From positions 640 to 64,639 of the forward strand of contig JBLIMJ010000002.1 in the NCBI GenBank assembly GCA_047638595.1: a stretch of DNA of 64,000 nucleotides, in the 5' to 3' direction. The translations under genes and the position numbers were made by a program. Below are positions 37,762 to 47,973 of the stretch, in pieces (the first letter of the stretch is position 1; every line of letters begins with the position of its first letter). This DNA comes from Acidimicrobiales bacterium (GTDB lineage: Bacteria; Patescibacteriota; Minisyncoccia; Phycocordibacterales; UBA918). Below the pieces are notes generated by a model. That model did no database searches and was not told where the DNA came from. It was given only the letters and a program-made list of their open reading frames with translations.

Positions 37762-39347
37762 CGAAAAGATATAGATGTATGATTGGCTGCAGAAGAGCTT
37801 TGCTCTTCTGCAGCCAATCTTTTTTCTACCTCCTGCTCTTCTTCAATCACCCATCCTGAAACTACAGGAGACGAACTAGAAGTTGTTTTTGGCTTCTTCT
37901 GCAATCGATACAACACATACCCTAGAAAAGCATACCCAATTATCACCACCCAAAATGGAAAGGTTGGCACAGCAAACGATGCAAACGGTACCCCTGCAAA
38001 GAAAGTTGCCACAATCAAAATATACGAAAGAGATATATGTGTCACAAACCCTATGAGCACTGCCACTGGTACTGAGACAAGTCCAACGAGTCCGGTGATG
38101 AATGTCAGTAACATAGCAATGGGTACCATCGGTAACACCAATACATTTACAATGACCGACACTATAGATAGTTCACCAATCTGATACAACAAAATAGGCA
38201 TTACGAAAATCTGCGTTGCGAGCGTTGCAGTAAGAAACTCTCGCATGCCTAATAAGGTTGGCATAAATTGCAAACGCTGTTCAATGTGAGTCGCTAGAAA
38301 AATAAGGCCTAAGGTCGCAAGGAATGACAATTGGAACCCGACGTCATACACCAGCAAATACGGATTGATGAGAATCATAATAATCCCTGCAAAGCACAGA
38401 GCACGCATGACTGCATAGGTACGCCCGGTAGATCGCGCAAAGAGTATCAGTGCAGCCATAATACTTGCTCGTACAACAGTCGCCGACAAACCAACAAGTA
38501 CTGCGAAACAGATTATTGAAGCAATACCAAATGGAACCCGAGCTTTATACGGAAGGATGTATGAAAGGACATAGGTAATGAAGATCACCACCAACATCAC
38601 GTTGTACCCCGAGAGCACCACAATATGAATAATGCCTGTCTTACGAAAGACTTCCTCAAGTTCGTCGCCGAGCGCTTGCTTGACTCCAAGAAGTAATCCT
38701 TCAGCAAGTCCTACCTGCGGTTCAGGTAATACTTCTTCAATGCTTTGCATAAACAGTTGTTTCACTTTAAGGATTTTTGATATGAAAATGTTACCTGCAT
38801 CTTTTTCTAAAGTCGCCACCTCTGCAAAAGAGACAACGTAGGAAACACCTCGAGCATGTAAGTAACCAGGATAATTGAACGTACGACTAAGATCAGTTTC
38901 AAACACACCCGGTTTTTTAAGATGTCCTTCAATAATAATTCTGTCTCCGTAAGAGACGTCTGTATAACGGTGTGTGGTAACTAGAAGTAGTTCATCTTCA
39001 ACTCGCACATACAAATGAATGGTCTTTTCACGAATATCGGGCTCACGTACAACCACCCCTTCAAGAATCACTTCTTGGTCAATCTGTGTTTCATATATCT
39101 GACTGATTTCATCAATAGCAGCAAATTCGAAACGAATCATCCCTAACACGCACGTAACAAGAAAAATTGAGACGAACGCAAGATTGCCCGAGCAAGGGGC
39201 TTCGCCCCTTGCTCGGGCAATTAACCCAAACGCCCCCGCAAACATCACCATCCAGGCAACATACGCAAATCCAATGTCAAACAACGATGCGGCAGCAACA
39301 CCTACTGCAAAACCAATGATTCCTATATAAAAACAAAAACTGCTCAC
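37758..39347 (-). CDS. comEC: ComEC/Rec2 competence channel (membrane and OB domains); start uncertain
   Basis: GIIHIVVLSGYNV, VRASIMA, DVGFQLSFLAT. Confidence 0.92.
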   Translation of the reverse strand: MSSFCFYIGIIGFAVGVAAASLFDIGFAYVAWMVMFAGAFGLIARARGEAPCSGNLAFVSIFLVTCVLGMIRFEFAAIDEISQIYETQIDQEVILEGVVVREPDIREKTIHLYVRVEDELLLVTTHRYTDVSYGDRIIIEGHLKKPGVFETDLSRTFNYPGYLHARGVSYVVSFAEVATLEKDAGNIFISKILKVKQLFMQSIEEVLPEPQVGLAEGLLLGVKQALGDELEEVFRKTGIIHIVVLSGYNVMLVVIFITYVLSYILPYKARVPFGIASIICFAVLVGLSATVVRASIMAALILFARSTGRTYAVMRALCFAGIIMILINPYLLVYDVGFQLSFLATLGLIFLATHIEQRLQFMPTLLGMREFLTATLATQIFVMPILLYQIGELSIVSVIVNVLVLPMVPIAMLLTFITGLVGLVSVPVAVLIGFVTHISLSYILIVATFFAGVPFASFAVPTFPFWVVIIGYAFLGYVLYRLQKKPKTTSSSSPVVSGWVIEEEQEVEKRLAAEEQSSSAANHTSISFR

Positions 39348-39919
39348 TTTTTTAGTGTAGCAGAAACGATGCTGGTGTGATTCCGAAAATGGAAACACAC
39401 CGGATTGAATGAGACTTGTATCACCCCAGTTCCTCCGACGCCTCAGGCTAGACTATAGGGTGACCGTTTTCGACACAAAGAAACAAGGCAATGGAAGCAA
39501 ATGAAATTATTAATCCGAAACCCAAAGTTTTCAGGAGGTTAAAAAACCAAAAAGTTATGGCTATATCCCTATTTTTGTACCGAGTTTTAGGAATTCAGCA
39601 AATCCCCTCGGGAAGAACGTGCTAATCTCAAAATACCCTCAAGGTAGTGAGTGGTCAATCTGTCTAGTGCATAAATAAAAAACCGTCCACAACATTTGTT
39701 GCGACGGTGACAAAGGGTAGTAATCTACCCTTTGTCTTTGAAGTCAGCGACCGCCCTGCGGGGATTTGGTAGATGACGGTTTTGGGGAACCATACTGACC
39801 CATGATAGGACCAAGACCCAGCGGCAAACTATTTTTTGATTTCAATGTTATTACTCCCTTTTCTGTGTCAAATTACAAATTTGTAACACAAGCAAATATA
39901 CTACTTGTCATAAAAATAA

Positions 39920-40336
39920 TCAAGCCTGTGCGTCTAGTGCTTCGTTTACCAAACGATCTGCTTCTTTGTTCTCAGCACGTAACACGTGGGTGTAAGATAC
40001 TGAAGCAAATTGGTTTTCTAATGCTTTAATGGCATCAACGTACGTTTTCAGGTTTGTATCCTTTACCTTATACGCTTCATTAAGTTGTCTCTCTACAAGT
40101 TGACTATCAAGTTTAAAATCTACCTGTAGTGCCTTTGAGTCAGGGAAAAATGTCTGCATGTGTTCAAGCGCTCGTTTGACCGCAGTATATTCAGCAACAT
40201 TGTTCGTAGCCTCACCAATATATTCGGAAAGTTCACATAAAACTGCATTTTTTTCGTCAAGTATCTGTACTCCAATACCAGAAGGTCCCGGATTTCCTCG
40301 GGCTCCCCCATCTGTAAATACTGTTACCTTTTTCAT
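39920..40336 (-). CDS. rnhA: ribonuclease HI (archaeal/actinobacterial type)
   Basis: TDGGARGNPGP, TNNVAEY, DSQLV, NKEADRL. Confidence 0.93.
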   Translation of the reverse strand: MKKVTVFTDGGARGNPGPSGIGVQILDEKNAVLCELSEYIGEATNNVAEYTAVKRALEHMQTFFPDSKALQVDFKLDSQLVERQLNEAYKVKDTNLKTYVDAIKALENQFASVSYTHVLRAENKEADRLVNEALDAQA

Positions 40337-40485
40337 ATGTCATGTGTATTACTTAAAAAATAAATCTCCTTTTTAAAATCTGAAGCGCCAACTATACCAC
40401 ACCCACGTCACAACAGCGCATTGTATTATAAATACTACGGATAACCGTAGTACATCATACGTAATAAATGTTGATAGTGTGATGG

Positions 40486-42171
40486 TTACTCAACGATATC
40501 AACTATGCGCAGACGGGTTTGAAGGCGACCCATGAAGTATGACTGTTCAAGGTGAGCTAATAGTGTAAGCTCTGCCCCTACCTCGGGAACTACGGTGAAG
40601 TCTTCTGGTTTTTTAAAGAATGCGATCGCTTCACGTGCATACCCTTTAGTATCAAACTGTAACTTCGTATGCTCTTTTGTTTTTCCAAAAATAGCGACTT
40701 CTCTAGCTTTCACGTTTGTAAATTTATACAATGGCTTTGGATTATCCATACCAAACGGTGCTAGAGACTTCTGTTCTTCTATGACTTTGCTTGTAATATC
40801 ATCAAGGGTTAGCTCCGCATCGACCACTAATTGTGTATCAATATCAGCTGCATTTCCGAGCTTCTTGAAGACATCATTCATTGCCTGTGGCAGTGTGTGA
40901 ATATGTTCTTCTTGAACACCGAAACCTCCTGCCATATGGTGCCCTCCAAATTCATGAAGTAAGTCCGAGACACCCTCCATTATAGCAATAACACTACTGG
41001 CTCCATTTGACCGGCATGATCCCTTAATCTTCCCATTACCATCACGTCCCCAGACAAATGCGGGGCAGTTGTATTCTTCAGCAAGTTTATTTGCAGTTAA
41101 CCCTACAAGGGATGGTCTCCAATCTGGATTACCTAACACCAACACATCAGGAATTTCAACCATTGCTTTCATGCGTTTATGGACCTCTTTGGTCATCATC
41201 GATACCTTTCCTTTTCGTTCGTTGTTTAGTTTTTCAAGATGTTCCACAGCCGCTCCCGCTTCACCTTCATCAGTGGTTGCAAGCATACTAAACGCATCTT
41301 CGGGAGTATCCATACGGGACGCTGCATTGATACGCGGACCAATAGTAAATCCAATATCGTCTTCCGTGAGATACCGTTGATCTGCTTTTTGTTTTCTTAG
41401 TAACATTTGCAGACCAGGACGTCGTGACTTACGTAGAACCTGTAAACCATAATGCGCAAGAGCACGATTTTCATCACGCAGTGGCACCATATCGGCAATA
41501 GTGGCGATAGCGACCATATCCAACCACCATTTCTCCCATCCTACAGTTAAATTAAAGTCGCCCTTGGCAATCAATGCTTGCACTACTTTAAAAATCACTC
41601 CCGCCCCGCACAATCCTTTAAACGGATACGTATCACCTAGTTGTGGATTTACTATCGCGACTGCCTCAGGTAATAATTCCTTTGCTTGGTGATGGTCAGT
41701 AATGATGACGTCGACTCCCAACTCATTTGCTCTTGCAACCGACTCTATATCAGTGGTTCCACAGTCGATAGTAATAATCAACTCTGCGCCTTCTGTGGCA
41801 AGCTTTTCTACAGCAGAAACATTTAAACCAAATCCATCATAGTGCCGATGAGGAATGTGATTTTTAAAATTTTTATATGTGATTGCCTTAAAAAAATCGT
41901 GCAGTACGACCGCACCAGGAATACCGTCACAGTCATAATCACTATAAATAACAATCTGTTCATTGTTTGTCACTGCTTTCAAGATACGTTCCACTGCCAC
42001 ATCCATATCATGCAGGAGAAACGGGTCATGCAAGTCATCAACATATGAGGGGTTGAGAAAAGATTGTGCTGCTGCCTGTGTTTTTATACCTCGAGTATAA
42101 AGAAGCTGTTGTAAAAAGGGAGAATAGGACTGTAATTCTTTCTTTACAGTATCATCGTGTGTATCTGCCAT
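40486..42171 (-). CDS. recJ: single-stranded DNA exonuclease RecJ
   Basis: DYDCDG, TDHH, GPRINAASR, GGHHMAGG. Confidence 0.95.
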   Translation of the reverse strand: MADTHDDTVKKELQSYSPFLQQLLYTRGIKTQAAAQSFLNPSYVDDLHDPFLLHDMDVAVERILKAVTNNEQIVIYSDYDCDGIPGAVVLHDFFKAITYKNFKNHIPHRHYDGFGLNVSAVEKLATEGAELIITIDCGTTDIESVARANELGVDVIITDHHQAKELLPEAVAIVNPQLGDTYPFKGLCGAGVIFKVVQALIAKGDFNLTVGWEKWWLDMVAIATIADMVPLRDENRALAHYGLQVLRKSRRPGLQMLLRKQKADQRYLTEDDIGFTIGPRINAASRMDTPEDAFSMLATTDEGEAGAAVEHLEKLNNERKGKVSMMTKEVHKRMKAMVEIPDVLVLGNPDWRPSLVGLTANKLAEEYNCPAFVWGRDGNGKIKGSCRSNGASSVIAIMEGVSDLLHEFGGHHMAGGFGVQEEHIHTLPQAMNDVFKKLGNAADIDTQLVVDAELTLDDITSKVIEEQKSLAPFGMDNPKPLYKFTNVKAREVAIFGKTKEHTKLQFDTKGYAREAIAFFKKPEDFTVVPEVGAELTLLAHLEQSYFMGRLQTRLRIVDIVE

Positions 42172-42233
42172 ACGGTAGGAAGTCATAATTCCGTATGATA
42201 CCATTACCCGGAAGATAATAATATTTCCGAACT

Positions 42234-42650
42234 ATGTCGACATCAATTTTCACCAAAATAATTAATCGAGAAATTCCGGCACACTTTATATACGAAGATG
42301 AACACTGTGTGGTAATTCTAGATAAATTCCCTGCAGTAAGGGGACAATCCTTGGTAATTCCAAAGAAACACGTCGACTACGCATTTGACTTAGACGATGA
42401 CACTTACATTCATTTATTCAAAGCAGCAAAGATGATTGCCAAAGCTTCGGACAAAGCACTTGCAGCTGAGCGTACCTGTTTAGTAGTGGAAGGATTTGAT
42501 GTGCCACATGTGCATATTAAAATTTACCCAATGCAGAGTACAAAGAAAGCACTTGGGTCTATTATGCCTGAAGGAAATGAAGCTACTGAAGAAGACTTGG
42601 CAATAGTTGCTACACAACTTATTGCAGCAATAGACCAGAAGATTGAATAA
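42234..42650 (+). CDS. HIT family protein
   Basis: SIFTKII..EIP, VPHVHIK (third His replaced by Lys). Confidence 0.88.
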   Translation: MSTSIFTKIINREIPAHFIYEDEHCVVILDKFPAVRGQSLVIPKKHVDYAFDLDDDTYIHLFKAAKMIAKASDKALAAERTCLVVEGFDVPHVHIKIYPMQSTKKALGSIMPEGNEATEEDLAIVATQLIAAIDQKIE

Positions 42651-42690
42651 AACTTGGCCGGTAACAATATAATTGTTACCGGCCTTTTTT

Positions 42691-42873
42691 CTATTTTGGT
42701 TGTAGGCGTCTAAGCACTGTTCCATGTATAGGACCACATGCCAGACTGCCTATAAGCCGAACGAAATTAGCTTTTGCGACACCTTGGGAATCTGACGGTT
42801 CACCAATTGGATTCCTGCGCCTAGGTTTTTCTTGAAACCGTTTCAGTGTGTTGGATTTTGGTTTTTTTAACAT
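42691..42873 (-). CDS. small basic hypothetical protein
   Basis: 60 aa with AAGGAGG SD. Confidence 0.4.
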   Translation of the reverse strand: MLKKPKSNTLKRFQEKPRRRNPIGEPSDSQGVAKANFVRLIGSLACGPIHGTVLRRLQPK

Positions 42874-43141
42874 TCTGCACCTCCTTTATTACGGTACCAT
42901 ACAGAGTATCTGATGCAACTAGAAAGAATCACTGCTTTAATAACGTTATTAAAGCAGTGATTCTTTATTGAATGATCTCAACTATATTTGGCTCTACTGC
43001 TCTTACATAATCTGACGACAACATAGCGATGCAATACTCGCTGTCGCCAGCACTGAAAATTAAATGAAGAAAGGAACGTAGTGTCTATTCTGAATTTACG
43101 TCTCAATTCCTTCCTTCCCTAGAAGGAATTGCTAGACGCAA

Positions 43142-43645
43142 TTACACGATGGATACGACGTTTGGTTTTACTACTTTAAGATAGTCTTCCGACTTCATCG
43201 CTATGGAACAACTCCGATCACCTGCATTAAATATTATCTCCTGATTTTCTAGAAGAGTTTTATCAACATATACTTCCAAACCAAATATATTTCCAAAAGG
43301 TGGAACACCTCCTGGTTGCACACCATCTGTAACTCTTTCAACTTCCTCAGGTAATGCGAAACGAATATCTGTAGCATGAAGAGCATGTCGTGCCTTTTTT
43401 GGGTCAAACTTTGCATCCCCTGGGACCACAATCTGAACAAATTGTTTTTGTTCTTCTTTGGGAACCTCCTTCTTTTTTATGCGTAAAATGAGTGCTTTGG
43501 CTCCTTGTGAGATAGAGTACTCAGGGCGTAGTGAGGCCGCCTCTTCACTAGTACGCACTGGGTCATGCTCAAAGCACTTATACTCCAGACTTGACTGGGT
43601 AAGTAGATCCTTGATTTGTTGTACTACGGGATGATAGCTAGACAT
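43142..43645 (-). CDS. YbaK/ProX aminoacyl-tRNA deacylase family protein
   Basis: TSEEAA, GAKAL, GGVPPFG, FNAG. Confidence 0.9.
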   Translation of the reverse strand: MSSYHPVVQQIKDLLTQSSLEYKCFEHDPVRTSEEAASLRPEYSISQGAKALILRIKKKEVPKEEQKQFVQIVVPGDAKFDPKKARHALHATDIRFALPEEVERVTDGVQPGGVPPFGNIFGLEVYVDKTLLENQEIIFNAGDRSCSIAMKSEDYLKVVKPNVVSIV

Positions 43646-43895
43646 ACAGGTGCTTTTGCTTCTTACAGTAGCTGTTCAGGTTATCAATATTTCTTTTCGG
43701 TACCTCAAGAAATATCTGGTCACCTCTTGTGACAGTCCCCCGGACTGTCTCACCTTGTGCGAGGGAGTATTCGGAACGTAATGCTGCTGCTTCCTCACTG
43801 ATACGGACTGCTTCATGTTCAAAGCATTGATAGTGACAATTCGCACTATCTAAAAGTTGCTTAATTTTCTGTACTGTTTGATTATACTCAGACAT
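43638..43895 (-). pseudogene. truncated duplicate of the YbaK N-terminus
   Basis: first ~47 aa parallel the next gene (VQ.IK.LL..CFEH..VR.SEEAA.LR.EYS..QG), then diverge. Confidence 0.7.
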
Positions 43896-43899
43896 ACAT

Positions 43900-45051
43900 T
43901 TATTTCTTCAACGCTGGTGATTTTTGCAATGCATCAATTGCAGGTAATGTGCCATGTTCAAGAAACGTTAACATTGCGCCACCAGCAGTTGAAAGGAAAT
44001 TATATTTCTCCTGACAACACAATGCTTCTATAGATGCAACTGTATCTCCACCTCCAATAACTGAATACCCTTTCGCATCAGCAATAAACTTTGCTGTAGC
44101 AACAGTCTGTTCATCAAATCCATTTTCGTAATCTCCAAAAGGACCATTCCAGAGAACCATTTGTGCGTTTTTAATGTATTCTTTAAGCATGGCAGATGTG
44201 TCCGGACCCGCATCCATAATACGTTCGTCCTTGCGTACATCTTCAGGGATAGTGATACGTGTAACACCATCTTTTTGAACAATCACATCTATCGGGAGTA
44301 AAATTTTTGTATGGGTGAGCAATGGGCTGTCTACAAGACTTGCATCTGAAACAAGTGACGCACCCGTTTCAAAACCCTTAGCTTTAAAAAAATCATTTGC
44401 CAATGCGCCACCAATAAACAGATGATCATACACATCTAAAAACTTTTCAACTAACGGCATCTTTGTATCAAACTTGGCACCACCAATTAAAAAAAGTGAG
44501 GGTGATTTAGGTTGTAGTGCCTTAGAGAGTTCTTGGTACTCATGTACGAAGTTCAAGCCAGCGAACGAAGGGAGGAACTGTGTGATTGCTGAAAGTGATG
44601 CATGTTCTCTATGTGAAGCTGAAAATGCATCGTTTACATATATATCAACTAAGTCCGCGAGTTCTTTTGCATACTCAATATCATTTTCCTTTTCTCTTTC
44701 ATCACTACGAAGATTCTCGAGCATCAACACCTCTCCATCTTTCATTTCATCACGTAATTGTGTAGTAGTGTCACCTATAACTTCTTTAGAGAAAGAAACA
44801 GGAATGTAATGGGAAAGCACCTTTGCAATCGGTGCTACCGAAACGGTAGCATCGCGTCCTAAGTGACCTGCCATAATCACACGTGCACCACGCGAGGAGA
44901 GATACTGGATGGTTGCAATGCCACGAGTAATTCGAAATTGATTTTTCACTTCCCCGTCAACAATCGGTACGTTAATAGAGGCACGTAAAAAAACATACTT
45001 CCCCTGTAAGTTAGTACAGGTGGTAATACTTTTAAACAACTTTTTTTGCAT
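43900..45051 (-). CDS. pgk: phosphoglycerate kinase
   Basis: NVP, LENLR, YVNDAF, GGAK, WNGP.G, GGGDT, STAGGA. Confidence 0.96.
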   Translation of the reverse strand: MQKKLFKSITTCTNLQGKYVFLRASINVPIVDGEVKNQFRITRGIATIQYLSSRGARVIMAGHLGRDATVSVAPIAKVLSHYIPVSFSKEVIGDTTTQLRDEMKDGEVLMLENLRSDEREKENDIEYAKELADLVDIYVNDAFSASHREHASLSAITQFLPSFAGLNFVHEYQELSKALQPKSPSLFLIGGAKFDTKMPLVEKFLDVYDHLFIGGALANDFFKAKGFETGASLVSDASLVDSPLLTHTKILLPIDVIVQKDGVTRITIPEDVRKDERIMDAGPDTSAMLKEYIKNAQMVLWNGPFGDYENGFDEQTVATAKFIADAKGYSVIGGGDTVASIEALCCQEKYNFLSTAGGAMLTFLEHGTLPAIDALQKSPALKK

Positions 45052-45814
45052 ATGTTTCGGCAATATGTATAATCTCTGCGAATTCTTTTGGCTTTAAACT
45101 TGCTCCTCCAATCAAAAATCCGTCAACTTGTCCCACCTCGAATAATTCCTGTGCATTTTTACTCTTCACTGAACCACCATACAGTACCCGTACTTTTTTA
45201 ATTGCTTTACGTCCAAATTGGTCCGCAATAATTTTTTGAATAAAGAGTTTCATTTCATGCACATCTTCTGGTGTTGCGTGATTACCAGTGCCAATAGCCC
45301 ATACCGGTTCATATGCAATAACTAATTGTGCAAGTTTTGTTTTTGGGACATCGCGTAATGCTGAACGCATCTGCGCTTCAACAATACCAAAGTAATTTCC
45401 ATGTTCATCACGTGCTTTTTCACCCACACATACAATTGCGGTGATACCACTTTTGAAAACAGCCTGTACATCTTTATAGATTTCTTCATCAGTCTCTCCG
45501 GCAGCACGGCGCTCGGAATGTCCAATGATGACTGAGGTAACCCCAACACTTTTAAGCATTGGTAATGATACCTCTCCAGTATGTGCGCCGATACTTTCAA
45601 AAAAGACATCTTGTGCTGAAAGACCAATACGCTGTGAAGGTGAAAGTCGTTCCATCTCTGAAAGAAATGGAAAAGGGGGAGCAACTGCCACTAGACTCAC
45701 CAATTTCTTCCGACCAATAGCCTTACGAGTATCTAAAAATAACTTCCGTGCGTTACCAAGTGTCGCTGGATTCATTTTCCAGTTACCTATAATCAGTGGT
45801 GTATGTACTTTCAT
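45032..45814 (-). CDS. tpiA: triosephosphate isomerase
   Basis: GNWKMN, GHSERR, AYEPVWAIGTG, LYGGSV. Confidence 0.97.
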   Translation of the reverse strand: MKVHTPLIIGNWKMNPATLGNARKLFLDTRKAIGRKKLVSLVAVAPPFPFLSEMERLSPSQRIGLSAQDVFFESIGAHTGEVSLPMLKSVGVTSVIIGHSERRAAGETDEEIYKDVQAVFKSGITAIVCVGEKARDEHGNYFGIVEAQMRSALRDVPKTKLAQLVIAYEPVWAIGTGNHATPEDVHEMKLFIQKIIADQFGRKAIKKVRVLYGGSVKSKNAQELFEVGQVDGFLIGGASLKPKEFAEIIHIAETYAKKVV

Positions 45815-45948
45815 AATAAGGAAATTGTAGCACATGAAAATGTGTTTATTAGTCCAGGGAAATTTTAAGAGCACTGGAGTTCGTCCCACCTATTGTCTGG
45901 TAAACATCGGCCATTCCCTATGGTGCAAGAACCGGAGGGAAGTGGGCA

Positions 45949-47367
45949 TTAGTCCTCTTCCCTCCACTCTACAAACTTAAAGTCATCTGAAGTTTCAGGG
46001 GCGAGCGGCGGAGGATTATTTACCAAATCTCTATCATACGAATTATATCGAGTTTCAAACCCAGAACAATATGACCCGCCACAGCTCCATTTAGTACCAA
46101 CACGTCCATTAGAAACAATGGTGCCATTTATGGTTAATGAATTTCTTTTTGTGTATGAATCATGTATAGAAAATACACCTGATGTACTGTAATAGTTCCT
46201 TCCAAAATGGCCATTTTGAGCTACAAAAATACCGTTGAGTTCCATATCGTCAGGAACTACCAGCCCTACAAGCACTTCCTCTTCTGCAACAGCAAGTAAC
46301 CCAGAAGAAGCATTCGCATAGGTGATGTTATCATTAATGATTATAGAAGGGTCCACGCCGGGTGAGTCAGTATCAGCAGCTGCAAGAGTCACCTTAGTAT
46401 CGACAACACCTTCAAGCCACACTTTATCTTCTACAAAAATAAGGGGGCATTCTTCATTAATGGTATAGGTCGCATATGGATCATCATTATAAATTACATG
46501 TCGCTCAGTCTGCCAACCATTTTGGCTTGAGTACCCCCAATAATTATAGGTACTATCAACTACACGTACTTGCACATCCCCATTCCCCAAGAAAGTCACT
46601 CTATACCCATAATCGCCTGACGGTGGTATGTAGATACCTCCACTGTTCTCAGCTTTATCACGCATAATTGCTAAGTCAACAGTCAGGCCAGTAAAGTTAA
46701 TAGGCGTTGAGGGGAACGTCCATAAATCACCATTAGGGCCATCGCCATACACTGCATCTAAAGTAGTCCCGTTAGAATCTGGTGCACAAGATAGTGAACC
46801 GTCACATACCCAGTCTTCTTGACCACTTGTTACCGTAGAGTTATTTGTCCCATCCATACGAATAATACCATTGGAGTGATAGGGACCAATGATAGTTCGG
46901 TCACTGCCTGCCCATACGTTTGAATTAATAATATATGCGAACTCGGCAACTGTCGGACGAGCATAGCGAGCATAGACAGTTCGTTGTAAGGTAGGTTCTT
47001 CATAGGTTGAACCTGTAGAAGTAATATCTATTGATGAAACATCCCCACAAAAAGTATTACTGGCAATTTCAAGTGAATACTCTCCAATAGTTCCCAATTC
47101 TGGGTCATCGTACGTAAATACATATGGCCCTGGAAGCCCTGTTCCGTTAGTGACATCATCTGGGTTGTGCGCAAGATACCATTTATAATAATTGATTCCC
47201 GCTTCAGCAATTTGTCGTGCTTGTTCTTGTTGGTATTTAGATTCTTGAACACGTACTTGAGTGACTACAAACCCCATAAAACTTGCCATCATCGTAAAAA
47301 ATATTGCACCGAAGACAAGTACTAAGACAAGTAACGCACCCTTTTGCTGTAATGATGTGTGTTTCAT
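45949..47367 (-). CDS. PilX-like minor pilin
   Basis: QKGALLVLVL..., AEAGI; in pilus cluster. Confidence 0.75.
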   Translation of the reverse strand: MKHTSLQQKGALLVLVLVFGAIFFTMMASFMGFVVTQVRVQESKYQQEQARQIAEAGINYYKWYLAHNPDDVTNGTGLPGPYVFTYDDPELGTIGEYSLEIASNTFCGDVSSIDITSTGSTYEEPTLQRTVYARYARPTVAEFAYIINSNVWAGSDRTIIGPYHSNGIIRMDGTNNSTVTSGQEDWVCDGSLSCAPDSNGTTLDAVYGDGPNGDLWTFPSTPINFTGLTVDLAIMRDKAENSGGIYIPPSGDYGYRVTFLGNGDVQVRVVDSTYNYWGYSSQNGWQTERHVIYNDDPYATYTINEECPLIFVEDKVWLEGVVDTKVTLAAADTDSPGVDPSIIINDNITYANASSGLLAVAEEEVLVGLVVPDDMELNGIFVAQNGHFGRNYYSTSGVFSIHDSYTKRNSLTINGTIVSNGRVGTKWSCGGSYCSGFETRYNSYDRDLVNNPPPLAPETSDDFKFVEWREED

Positions 47368-47972
47368 ATGTTATCAATGACGTTACGTAATGCGGCGCTG
47401 GACCGTAACATAAACTGACCAGGTTCACGCACAGGGTCAATGTTCACAATGGACTTCATTTGTACGTACCGTATGTCTGTAACAGAACTCGTTGCAGTTG
47501 CAAGGACACCATTAGTATCGAAGTATGAAAATGTTGATGTCCCTTGAATAAGGTTCTGTACATATTCTGAAAGGATGTGCGTTTCGTCAGGTAACGAGGT
47601 GTCATATATCGGACTAGTAGCATTTGCATTATATATTCGTTTTGTGAGGACTGTTGAAGTCGCCAGTTCATACTCGACATACTCGACACTATCATCTCTA
47701 TCGATATCACTATAGAAACCAATGATATGATCTTCCATACGTGCAAGGGGAAAAGTACCATCATCCGCAAACGTCATTTCTCGCACATCTTGTGTCAGCT
47801 GTTGTACACCTATACGTGCATTATACACTTGATACGATTGTGCAATCGTATATGCATTAACTTTATAAAAAGAAGCAATGCTATTACTCACTGCTAACAT
47901 CAATATCGTATACAAAGAAACTACCACTATCATTTCTACAAACGTCATTCCTTTTTTGGTATGAGTATACAT
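47364..47972 (-). CDS. prepilin-type N-terminal cleavage/methylation protein
   Basis: KKGMTFVEMIV. Confidence 0.85.
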   Translation of the reverse strand: MYTHTKKGMTFVEMIVVVSLYTILMLAVSNSIASFYKVNAYTIAQSYQVYNARIGVQQLTQDVREMTFADDGTFPLARMEDHIIGFYSDIDRDDSVEYVEYELATSTVLTKRIYNANATSPIYDTSLPDETHILSEYVQNLIQGTSTFSYFDTNGVLATATSSVTDIRYVQMKSIVNIDPVREPGQFMLRSSAALRNVIDNI

Positions 47973-47973
47973 A

